A stretch of DNA of 64,000 nucleotides from NCBI GenBank assembly GCA_964199315.1, contig OZ116701.1, forward strand, positions 31,868,001 through 31,932,000, read 5' to 3'. The notes beneath the pieces are model-generated. The model was not told the origin of the DNA, ran no database searches, and was given only the letters and a program-made list of their open reading frames with translations. The position numbers and the translations under genes were made by a program. Of this stretch, positions 39,279-51,500 are shown one piece after another (position 1 is the stretch's first letter; each line of letters opens with the position of its first letter). Source of the DNA: Orbicella franksi. Taxonomy: Eukaryota.

Positions 39279-39572
39279 TACTACGATTATCAGTTGAGTA
39301 AGGCACGAGGCAAGTTTGGTTACGAAGTTTTGGCCTTAAAATTATAGTGTTGTCACAGGCAACTTACTTTGTTTCCATTGGTAACAATATCAACAGCAGT
39401 TGGTCACCTGTTGCGTCACCTACAATCTCGTACGCTTTGCTGCCAATGACGTTAAAAGCCGACAAGTTGTCAATGGATACAGAGCCAGTTGCTCTTGACA
39501 ACAACACGATTTTTACGTTAAAACTTGGTGACCAAACTTTCTTCCCGCCTTACTCAACTGATAATCGTAGTA
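39279..39572. mobile_element. MITE with a perfect 26-nt inverted repeat, including TA flanks (Tc1/mariner-type)
   Basis: TACTACGATTATCAGTTGAGTAAGGC...GCCTTACTCAACTGATAATCGTAGTA; the arms continue imperfectly inward. Confidence 0.72.
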
Positions 39573-40212
39573 CATCAGGGTTTGTTTATAGTTGCGTGGC
39601 ATGGCAGATCAAGCTCAGCAACCTTTTGCCTGGGCTCCTAAAATAATAGCTTGGGCTCCTAAATTCTGATCTAAACGGTTGAAACAGCTCCTTGAAAAAT
39701 TCCTTGGGCAGCAGCTCTGAAGGGCATCCATTGTAAAGAAAAGAAGAGAAAAACCAAAACAAATTACAAATCTAATTTTATTGTTTCATCACATTCATTT
39801 GGCTACTATTACTGTACAGCAATCAATATTATTAACAACTAACAAAATTACTTTCTGACAAAGAATATCTGACATTGCACAAAATTAGATTTCAATGAAA
39901 AGAATCATTAACTCTGTACAATGGGTGTAGATTTCACTTCACTAATTAGCCATTAACCAATAACTTGATACTAACTGATCATGCTACAGCTTAAATATGA
40001 GTCAGAGCTAGTTAAATTTAAAATACCATTTAGTACTTCCTGGAGATTTTTAAATAACTGGTGCCAACTAATTTGATTTTCATGTCCAAATGAATGTAGG
40101 GTTTTCTTGTGAGTTCATGATCTGAATGAACTGGAAAGATAAATAAGTAAAGAGAAGTATCACATAAATTTCTTCAATATTCTGCTTCTAAAACCCGCTT
40201 TTTCTCAGGAAG

Positions 40213-43200
40213 TCAAGCCAGAAATCGGATGCTCATTTTTGCGTTCATGTCCACATTTTCGAGGACCTAGATGGAGAAAGAACATTGATCATCAACAATG
40301 ATAAAGTTAGTACTTGTCAACAACCTGCAATCCACCTTAAGTTCAAACATTAAAAATAATAATGAAGCTTATAGTGTCTCTTTAAGTGTGATTGCACAGA
40401 TGAGGGTAGTTATATAATAGATAACAACAAACACTAAGTTTATTTTAATTTATTCCAACATTTTCATCACTGCACAACAGCATTTTTCAGGGAAACAAAT
40501 TTCTCAATCAGTTAAAAAAGATAAAGGGACTAATAAACCGATATGTATAGGAATACTTGCAGTTCAATTAAAATCAACAGAATAAATAAACCCCTGCCGT
40601 TTCTGTAAAGTTAACAACATACATGATGTTCAACAAATTTGATGCAACATCAAAATGCATCCCCTTTATTGTTACAGGCTACAAATATTCGCTGGAGTTG
40701 AAGTGAAGATCCTTCTGGGCCATCAAGAGTTAGAAAAATATTTCTCAGTTGCAGTTCTTTGAGTTACTTTGACCACATATAAAATTACTTTTGAATAAAG
40801 GAAACATGAAAATAATAGTTTACTAAGAAAGAAAAACACCAAAGAGATAAGGATAAACCATAAAGGAACAAGGATGGTTAAGGATGGAGAAGATTGACAT
40901 GGATTACAAATGACAAACTTCAAAAAATTAATTTAGGCTAAACTTTCCAAGATGTGCAAACTGTGATGTAGTTCCTTTAAGTTATTAGGAAACACTCACC
41001 CTCTTAAGTTCATCAAATGAGATAACACCATCTCTATCTGTATCCGCGTCATTTATTGCACGGTCAGCAATCCCACCAAGTTGTTCATCACTGATATTCC
41101 GACCAACCATCATGTGAAGGACCTTAACAATAACAGTTAATTAAAATAATGACAACCATGATAGAATGCTTTGGAGGGTGCATCATAGTACACTAATTAA
41201 TTTAGAAACTAATCTCTCAAGTGGCATTAAAGATAAATACCATGTGTTCATGCATTTATAAATCTAAACATGCACATGTATGTACAAATGATTGACTCAT
41301 ACGCTTTCAACACACAATCCTTTTAACATTTCACAATTATTGTTTTGGACTGTTTGTTTAGAAGGGAAAAGTCACAAATAGTAGATTTGAAATGAATCAC
41401 CAATAACGTGGCAACGTCCTCAAGTAAGTTACCAGTAAAAAACATAAGATGGACACTAAATTTGGTTGTCACCTGCCCACACATTACATACCTGCATGAG
41501 GTCATCTTTGGATATTTTCCCATCATTGTCCAGATCATAGATTTTAAAGGTGACTGAGGAAAGAATGACAAAGAATGTAAAACAAAATGGGTGGAATTAT
41601 ATGGCATGATTGTATACAAGTCATGTACATACACTCTAGACAAATTACAAAGTGATGAAAAAGTTCAATGCACTAATCCAAAGAAACCTGAAAAAATAAC
41701 TCGAGGGCTTTTTGAGAGGCTTTGAGCCCATTTGTCCCCTCTACTAAATAAAAGTGACAATCCCACTGTGTGCTGGAAAATGTGATGAACCTCTGGAGAC
41801 GATGCACCCATGTGATACATCTGTCCCTAATAAGCCTGACCACACCTGTTATCCTAGAAAAAATGATGGGTGTGCTCAAGCCCCAAGCCCCTACTTTCCG
41901 ATTCAGCAGCTGGCTAAATGAGCTATATATGAAGGTGTGTTTAAAACACAAAATGGCACTACAGGTAAGAGTTAATGTGGGATACAGGTATCTGTAAGGG
42001 TTAACCCTTACGATTACATGAGAGCTAACTTACATTTTAGCTTCTTTTCTCTGGTATTGAGCGGGTTTTCTTTCGAAGAATCAAAAGGTCTGAAGTGAGC
42101 TAAGGTTTTTACAAACTGTCTGAAGTTACAAGTTTCTTCACCACTCTCCCTTAAAAAAAAAAACATTTTCACATTCTTAAGACATAAGTCATATCTTTTA
42201 ATTACTACACATGCTAGTGGGATTGGATAAGATAGCAGGCCAAATTCTACTGTATGACGCACTAAAATTTGAAGCTGTTTTTGTTACCAAGATGTTATGT
42301 TCACGACTTATCACCAAGATTTCTTGATATTCATCACAAAAAAAGTAAAACCTTTTGTTTCCTGAAACATTTTATGACATTTACTGCACTGAAAGGTGCT
42401 ACTGATGTAGCAACAACTTTGAAAGTCTTCTGTTCAATGGTTATCCAGTATAATAAAACCAAACTCTTGATGATAGCCTGATAGGAACTACATGTAATGT
42501 AAATCAGTTTACTTGTGATAAACTCTCAGTCTTAATAAACAGCCACCACCATAATAAACTTTTATTTCAGTGTTATCAGTACATTTCTGCTCTTCTTGCA
42601 AAAACCGGCTTAAGTATTAAAAACAATTAATATTAAAAGGCTAGTTTGTGACAATAAGATGATATCACTTACTGACTGTCTTCATTCATGAAGAAGGCAT
42701 CTATGATTCTTTCACCAATTGGATTGATAGCCAATTCTGGTATACGGATAAAATCGTCACGGCTGGTTGAGAGAAAAAAAAACACACACTTGCAATCAGA
42801 TAACATGCAACCATGTGTAATAACTGTGCAGAGACTTGAACCAGGAACACTTGACAATTTTTTTGGTAGACATTTTTATGATAAATTTCTCTACTAAGTG
42901 CTGAATATAACAACAAAAGGATAAGAATGTTTACACTATAAAAGTGCTGTCCCTTTATGTTCGTATGAAGAAGAAATACACAACAAAATGTCAAATGTTT
43001 GTTTCCAGTGTCCCTCTTGTAATATGAGCAGGCCTTCAAGCACCAAGACCAAACTATCAATTCTCCTTAATGTGTGGTTGCAGAAAATATCTATACCCCC
43101 CCCCCCCCCAATCCCCAATGGAGGGTTACAGAAATTCCGAGGGGTAGCAGGGTCTGAAAGAGGTAATTTCCGAAGGGGAGGGGGGCTACTCAAAGAGTTT

Positions 43201-45095
43201 TCTTTCCAGTGGGTGTGAAATGTGGTTGAATGAACACTACCATACTTTCCCAATTGATTCAGATAACCAACCCAACAGAAATGTTCCATCGGTTGAAATA
43301 AATGTTAGATTCTTTGTCATATATTTTCCATTTTCCTTCTGATGTCGCACAACAGACAGCAATCCTGAGCATCATGTTTGTTGGGTGTCAAGTTGAACAA
43401 AATGCCAACGAAGAGGTGCAGCAATACATGAACAATGAAGTTGATGATATTTTATACTGTGAAGATTGTGCTGTATTTAGCTTAAATGCAGCTCAGATGC
43501 TTTTTCCAGCATTAATCATGCTGTCAATTAAATGAGACTCATACTTTGTTTATTTCGTTTGATACTCATACAAAATTATACCCAGTTTCAGACTTGCCAT
43601 ACCTAGATTATCTCATATTTTCATTGTTATCCATGTAGCTAATAGTTTGCTTTAAGTGAGCAAAGTTGATTCAAAGCCATTTGTCTTGAACTATAATTAA
43701 ACATGGACAGCGAAGAGTGTTGTAATTGGAGTGGTAGCCAAGATTTCATTCAGTCATTTATAGACCGACTGAACAATGCGTGTTTCACATATGAAATGTA
43801 TGACAATTCAAAAAACTAAGGCATAAAATGAATTTACTATCATTTATAAACTACAGAGACAAAGCATATGACTCAAGTGATGTTTTCCTTTGGTGAAAAA
43901 AAATAATAAAGCGACATTTGGGAAACAGCTGTTTTGAAAAAATGTTGTGTGATGACTATACTGCATGTGTATAGTAATTCGATATGTTGTTTTGACCATG
44001 CATAAATTAAAACTTTGACTTGCTTATTTAAAAGAGCTTTATGTAAGTTACGAGATTCTTGTATGAAAACTTCCCTTAATGAAGAAAAAGTCAGCTGCAA
44101 TGTCATTTGGGAGTGAAGCGCTTCTAAGTCAGTTGTTTATTAGTTTAAACACTGGTTCAAACATTTTAACATGACATGAAGGAATGCACCGCATCTGCAG
44201 TCTACCATGGAAAAGTATGTCTTTGTCTACAATGTAACCACAAACAGCTGTGGCTAAATTTTATAACAATCAATGAGTAGTCTTGTTTTTTTATGGATAC
44301 GGAATTTCCGAGGGGTCGGGGGCGGCCCGAGTAGAAAAATCATGGAAATTCCAGGGGGTGGGGGGAGAACCATGCAGCACCTTGGAATGGAAAATCCTGG
44401 GGGGTGGGGGGTCAAACTGGAAAAAAACCCTCTGTGGAGGGGGTATGGATATTTTCTGGAACCACACAATGAATAAGTGAGGACGGCGGCGACATAAGCA
44501 TAATCATTCTTCTTATACCTATGTCTAGTTATGTCAGTGTTATGTTCAGTAAGGATGTGGTTGAAATAAGCATAAAGTGCTTGCTGATTGGCTGGAAGTC
44601 TTTTGCTTATGCTTTTGCTACACTGTAGCTATGCTTATGCCAACATGCCCCAACTGGACACAATAGCAACGTAAGCACAAGCGCTAGAAGAAAAGATTTT
44701 GATATTTTTATGCTTATCCTTATGTCCGGCCGTTCCCACTACCGCATAAGTTAATCTTTTATGCTTATACAATGATATGGAGTTACAAGTTTACGCTAAT
44801 GCTTGCATTTAACCCTGCCAATGAGCGAGAACATGCATGCAAACTCGATTCCTTACTTCAGTGTTCCTTTGGTTGATTTATCAAGACTTGTAAATCTGCT
44901 ATAAAGCCTTTTGATTTGATCTGGCGAAACTGTGAAAAATCAAGCACAAAGTTCACAGTTGAGTCATACATTAGTGAGATTGAGCCGGCAACTTAGTGTG
45001 AGATTCTCGCAAAATGTTTTCAACTTACAACCAGTCTCGTTTTGCAGTTCTTCTATATCTTCTTCTTGTAAAAGAGTCGAGGATTTCAACCCCAT
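40213..45095 (-). CDS. CHP1: Calcineurin B homologous protein 1 (EF-hand, NHE-regulating cofactor), 194 aa
   Basis: Exons 45029-45095, 44857-44929, 42673-42762, 42034-42149, 41492-41553, 41000-41122, 40213-40266 (TGA) total 585 nt. Translation: myristoylation-type start MGLKSSTLL, then QIKRLYSRFTSLDK, RIPELAINPIGERIIDAFF, TLAHFRP, EF-hands DLDNDGKISKDD and DTDRDGVISFDE, and C-terminus KMSIRFLA. Confidence 0.94.
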
Positions 45096-45534
45096 CGTTA
45101 ACCTGAGTTCGTTGAAGGCAAGATTTTACAAGCTAATTAGAAGACATATTTCCAGCGACAAACATCGACTCCCGCTGCGAAAATAATGCTTTGTAACCCT
45201 TCCTAATTCCTTGTATGGTTACTAAGCTGATGATAATAATTGACAGTTTTCTGGAGAGAAGGGAAGGGATGTTATCTTTCCAGGATCAGAGCTTATGGAT
45301 TAGTGAAAAAAAACATGATTTAGACAAATAGAAAGAAGATGCATCATGTCGTGATTGTAGTAGGTAATGATTAGTGATTTTCTTGAAGATGAATTCATGG
45401 ATCCTCTGGCTACTCACTCGCCTCACTCCCCATCAGGTGGTAAAGAACGAGAAAGAATGAGAAGAGTCCACTGGAAGGTGTGTAAGGGGAGGGGAGACAA
45501 AGGAACCAAATCGCCATTATTTATCGCCATAACC
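45096..45534. promoter_or_regulatory. Putative bidirectional promoter/5' UTRs, CHP1-arginase
   Basis: Divergent ATGs at 45095 (-) and 45535 (+). Confidence 0.65.
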
Positions 45535-48500
45535 ATGACCGTTCCAATTATGATACGCAGGCTAGGTTTAAGATCAACAATGAAGAAAATTGTCAGACTA
45601 TGCCACTCAACAAAGCAAAAAGAGTTATTTTTGATCGGCGTTCCTTTCTCCGGCGGGCAGGTAAAGTACTAGACCAACTTAACATAAAATTTCGCTGGGT
45701 GAAATACACGCTCGTGTTTGCGTAATGAACTGGAAAAAGCAATATAACCGTGTTACTCGTCCACTGCCGTAAACAAGTCCGATAGTGTAGTGTTTACATT
45801 TGTCGCATAAATCCTTCAGTCACTTTAGTAGCTTTTAGTGTTTATTTTGAAGTAAGCTCAAATTTCTAAATTTTAGTAACGCTTGCTTTCCTCGGTAAGG
45901 AATGACGAAATATTGAAAATATTTACGATGTCACGCCAGTGACTCTTGTTTGTTTTGGTGTAAGACTTTTGTCTTCCAGAAGCGAAAAGACGTGGTTAGA
46001 ATCACAGTTTGATGCGACGTAAATATTTTTGAGACTTCTAAAAACTGAAAACAAAAACTTGAAGTTTTCGATTCCCTATGGGAATTAAGCGACGCCGTTC
46101 AGGCCCTGAAATGCTATGTCCACGAAATAGATCGCCTTTAGCCGTTGACAGGAAAGCTTATCAAGAAAACTTATACAAGCTTATGCTTTTCATTTGATAC
46201 TTAAGTTATAAACCGGTGGTTTAATCAGTCTCAGAACATCTAAGCTCGCTCCGGCTACCGGGAAACTCGATAATATGGCAACCAGGGCGGTGCTTGTGAA
46301 AGCCTTTTCAATTTTTTGCCAGTAACCCAATCGATCTTTCTCGGATAAAATTATAGTCAAACAAAATTCGCTTAAAAAAACACACCATAATGAGAGCAGT
46401 AACAGCCAGATCCTTTTTTTAAATTATAGCCTCATTTCCAGTAGCCGTGAGTGCTATGGTCAATGTCTTGTTTGGGTTTCCTCGTCAAAAAAAGTGTACA
46501 TGCCCATTCAGGTTGAACTCTATCCTCGTGATCAGCAGATCGGAGTGCATGCTTAGGATTTGTTACCACCTACCTGAAAGATCTCCTGAAATTATGCCTT
46601 GCATCAAAACAATAGGAAAGACAAAGGAACTGAGCACAGGAAAATCTTGACAGTGTTGTACATATGTGTATGTTTTTGGGGTTACACATCTTTTGATGCC
46701 AGGTATGTGTTTTGGGTGTAAAATTTCAGACTTCTGCATTTTTTTGAGTTCGCAATATGAAGCTCTGTCGGATCACCACCCATGCCCCCATGTGTAAATA
46801 CCCCCTGGGTCTTGCACATGCACATCTTACTCTCAGACTGCAGGAAACCTACTCATAGCTGGCTAAGGTGTGCCATTTGGAATGTGTTATGTTTAACATA
46901 CATGTCAGCATTCTGTAATTTTCATGGCACACATTTTTCCAATGTTAATTTAAACATTATAATTTAAATAACTTTTTTGTTTGTTTTTTCTTGTAGCCAA
47001 GAAAAGGTGTTGAGGAAGGACCAGCACGTTTAAGGAAGCAAGGCTTAGTCAGTAAAATTGAGAAATTAGGTAATGCCACACTCTTTTCTTATTTCTTCTC
47101 AAATTAATATCCAAAACTGGCAGACATTTCCACATAAAGATCTTTGCTTGTGCTAGACTATTATTCTTCAGCAGTACAGGCATTCTGAAATCTCTAGCTA
47201 ACAGTATTTATCTACTTGATATCAATTGGGGAAACTGCTGTAGCAAGTTTGTGAAGCTGACGTGAAGCATAAACTATGTAGCTGTTCATTTGAAAGGAGC
47301 AAATTGGAACTTTGCTTTGCCAGCAATTAAAGGGCTATGTTAAGAATGTCACCTTCCCAAACTTGCTACGGTGGTTAATTTTCCCCAATCAGGATCAAGC
47401 TATTATAGCTATAATATGCTATTACTTTGCCCACTGACCTAGTGATAGCTGATAGCTTCAGTGTATTCTGAAATCTGAGTATGACGAGTGCCCCAGGGGA
47501 ACTCCCACATAAATAGGACGGGGGTGCTGGTCGTACCTTTTAGGGGTTAAAAAGTGAATTTGGTACCTCTTAGGGTGTTCAGTCTCATGAGGTCCACAGC
47601 GGGAGCTTAAATAGAGCATTTGAGCAGAAAAAAAAATATGAAAGGAGATATTTGACAATAACTTAACAAGTAGAAGGTATTAATGAAGCAATCGATCATC
47701 TTTAACGCTATTACAAATTATAAAAGTTAATGTGTTGTTTTAGAATTGGTACCTCTTAGGGGTGAAAACATTTCCAGCGATGCCCACAAAACCCCTCAGG
47801 CATTCTTTTCAAAATTTCCGACAAGCACCCCTGTTCTTTTCATATGGGAGTTCCCTCCTGCCGGGAACAAGTAACCACTGTGTGGTTACAGAAAGTATCC
47901 ATGCCCATAGTTGATAACAGGGCAAAGGCAGAATCAACTTAATCACCTCCTCTTAGAAGTCCACATCGATAGCAGCAAGTTTCAAATTTATAAGAATTTT
48001 ATCAGTCTGCTCAATTTTGCTTATAAACATGAAGTCTAAAACTACTACACTATTACATGGTGTTATTACTACTATCTTAGAAGTTGCAATCAAATATCGT
48101 AGTAGAAGTTAGTAGTAATAATACCATGTAATAGTGTAGGAGTTTTAGACTTCATGTTTAGCAAAATTGAGCAGACTGATCAAATTCTTATAAATTTAGA
48201 GCTATTTATGTCATAATGCTCCACGTCCTTCTTTTAGTTTGCATAGGAATTCAATTATGACCCATTAATGCCCAATACTTCAGAGAAAGAAGAAAATATC
48301 GCTATTTTGTTGGTGATTTCAGGTCCATTCACAATAATGGTAGAATTCTAAGTATGCAAATGCTGCAGTCTGATTGGCTCAGCTTCTTGTATACTATCAG
48401 CTATTAGAGTGCTGAGTGACGGAAGGTTGCCCATAATAGCAATATTATCTTGTTTCTCCACTGTTTTAAGGAACATTTCAAAATATTACTAATAACTAAT

Positions 48501-51500
48501 TAAGATAATTTGATTAACAAGAACACTAAAGAAAAGCAATTGCCTGTCAAAATTAACTGCAACTTTAAAACCTCCAAATTTTTCAAATGAACTGACAAGC
48601 ACATACAAACAACTTAAACAACAATTCAATCCATATGCAATTCTGCTACAGCATGAAGTAAAATTGCAGAAATGATATTATTGGAAATTGCTAATTCGAA
48701 AGAAATTTTATTGGTAAGAATTGTGCTAAAACCATAAGATTGTTTGGTCTTCATTTTTATAAACTTACCGGTAATCATACTTCTTGTTTTACAAAAACAA
48801 GAAAAGTAGAGGATTAATGATGCTATGTCTGTATATTTTTATTTTATCTGTCAAGACAGAACTAAACCAGACTGGGTTATTTCCCCTTTTGCTTGAACAG
48901 GGTACAAAATATCAGATTATGGAGAATTACAAGTACCTGACATCAAAAATCAATATTATAGTTTAAGCAACACCTTGGTGAAAAATCCATTGGAATGTGG
49001 TGCTGTGTCAGAGAAGGTAGGCTGACAATAATTGGCTGGATGCAGTATAGACAAAGCATGTGGCAGGGGAAAGCTTAAATTAGGCTTTTTCCAAGTCCTG
49101 TTCTTCCTATGTTTCAAAACAAGTCCTGGGGCCCATTTCTCCAAAGCCCCAGGACCTTTTCAGACCTACAAAGCCATTTCTGGATAATCTGTATCTAAAA
49201 CCAGAGGTGTATAGAGGGGGCCTGTATACATCTGAAACTTCTTGTATGAACTCATGGGGAACCTCTGTTCATATTGGGCGTACATGTGGATCCATACTGG
49301 TTTCCACCATTTCATGGAAACTGGTTAGATTTTTCAGAATTACTCAGAAACCCCCTAAAAGGGGACCAGACTTCAGGGATAAAAAAATCCAGAACATTTC
49401 CTAAGGGAGCATGGCCCTCGGGACCCCTCTAGAAGGCACTCATCATTTCGGAAATCATTCACCATATATTTTAGATCTGTGCCTGCATATTAAAGATATT
49501 TTGAGATTTCAAGGTGTGAAAACTTTTTGGGACCTTCGAGAAATGGTCCACTGGTGTGACAGTAAAAGTGAAAACATTTGTGATTGGTGGTACATCAAAG
49601 CGAATACTTTGCTTTGATGTACCACCAATCACAAATGTTTAATTACAATTATTGTACTCTATGGCTAGTTGATTATTTTATCTTGTGAACTGTCTGGGAA
49701 CATCCATCACTCATTATTGTTACTCATATCTTCATCTGACAGCTTTCCCAAGAAATAGCAAAAGCTAGTCTGGAAGGGAAGCTTTCTCTTACAATAGGAG
49801 GAGATCACAGGTAACTAAAGAAACTCTTCCACCTCTCCTCTTCAGACCAACTGAGCAGACCCTGAATCTAGAATTAGTTGGCATCACTCTGTTGCACCTT
49901 GCCTTCATTATTTGATGTTGCTTGATTCACGTAATTTAACATCCTTGGCCAGGGTTAATTTCTCCAAATGTGAAGTTTAAAGCCTTCTTAGGTTTTGTTA
50001 GTGCTTAAATCCATAATTTGTCTGTAAATTTCAGAGATGAGAGTCTTTACACACTCAGTTTGTCAATGCTAGATTGAATCAGTATAAAGGAACTGTAATC
50101 AAATCAAGCCAAGACAGAAGCATATCACCTCATTCGAGGTGATATGCTTCTGGCCAAGATAATAGGACAAGAGGAAAACTTGGAACACAAGTGCCTGACA
50201 TATTGTAAAAGAATAATACCCTGTGGAGTAAGAAAAAATTGTCCTTGTCAGGTGTAGAAATAGGACTCACCTCTGAGGCAGACTAGCTATAAGGAGTAGG
50301 GAATGTATATGAGACAATGGCCATGGCCTTTACTGCAGAGTTGGAAACAAAAGTGATACCTTACACTCACTGCCACATTTAAGCTTCCATTTAAGCTTCC
50401 ATGAGGAAAAATGTGTCAAGTCTAGTTGGGATGGGATGGAATTAAGTGGGAAATCGTAGGTCAAGTAGTTGTGGATATACTTACAGAGGGCAGAATCGCA
50501 CCTTCCCAGTTCAGAAAATAAAAATAAATGGTCTGAAGAGGGTTTAACCTTTGGCTGGTTTACTGTAGGTCTCAACAGTAATCTGGTTTGCAAGGCATGT
50601 AACTTGTGCAGGCTTTGCATTGATTACTAGAAATGGAACAATGTGATTATCCTTGGTGATTTTTTCCCATATCTTACCCACACTTGATAGCTGAACTTGG
50701 TTCTTACCAACACTATAGCTAGATCAGTTAGGCACTGAGAAGTCAGGGTATAAAGAATGACAGCCTTGATTGCAGTAAGAGGGACAGAGTGATGCCGTTT
50801 GGCCCTTTAAATGCACCAGCGACATTTGAGCATCTGAGAAATGAGTGTTCAGTAGTATGGAGTACACTTTTGATTGCAAGATTGCACATTTAAACATCTA
50901 AGACCAAGAGTTGCAACCACGGGAGCACCCAGTCTGAAGGTGTATCCAAAGGCATGTTGACTCTTGAAATGTCTGTGGCCAAGCTCCTTATGATATGCTG
51001 TGTGATCAGAGTGTCTGTTATGTGTATTTCCTGACCAATTGTTCCAAGTGAAGGGTTTGAAAATACCTAGATGAGGGTCCATTAAGGAATGGTAATTAAA
51101 ACCAATTCAACACAGCTGGAAATCTCCATCTTAACCAGAAAGTTTTAACTCTCATAATTTATGTCCCTTGTTGTAACTCTTGTCTTCCTGTTCTGTGATT
51201 TTTGGTTTGCAATAATGTAATACCGTCAGCCTGAGTGGGTTCACCCGAAACCAATCAGATACAGCTTGATTTGTTTTTATTTCTCTGTAGCATTGCAGTT
51301 GGCTCAGTATATGGCCATGCATCTGTTACAAAAGACCTGGGTCTATTGTGGGTAAGTACATATAACCCATAAGGGGTACAGTTTGAGTTTTAGACAGAGC
51401 AATAAAGACTGACAGTGAATAGAGAACTTTCCAGAGTTTTCATGAGCAGTAAATTAAAGAAAAAAGATTTAGATTTGTGGAAATAAAATGGCTATATTTC

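Noticed and set aside
36500-40200. Short ORFs and isolated splice-like signals between VTI1B and CHP1 (for example 37465-37671 and 39347-39646)
   Set aside because: No recognisable protein, no consistent exon chain, and several overlap the TIR-bounded elements.
49900-51200. Possible decayed LINE reverse-transcriptase remnants in arginase intron 4
   Set aside because: I could not recover a convincing RT motif by eye. It would need a translated search against a repeat protein library.
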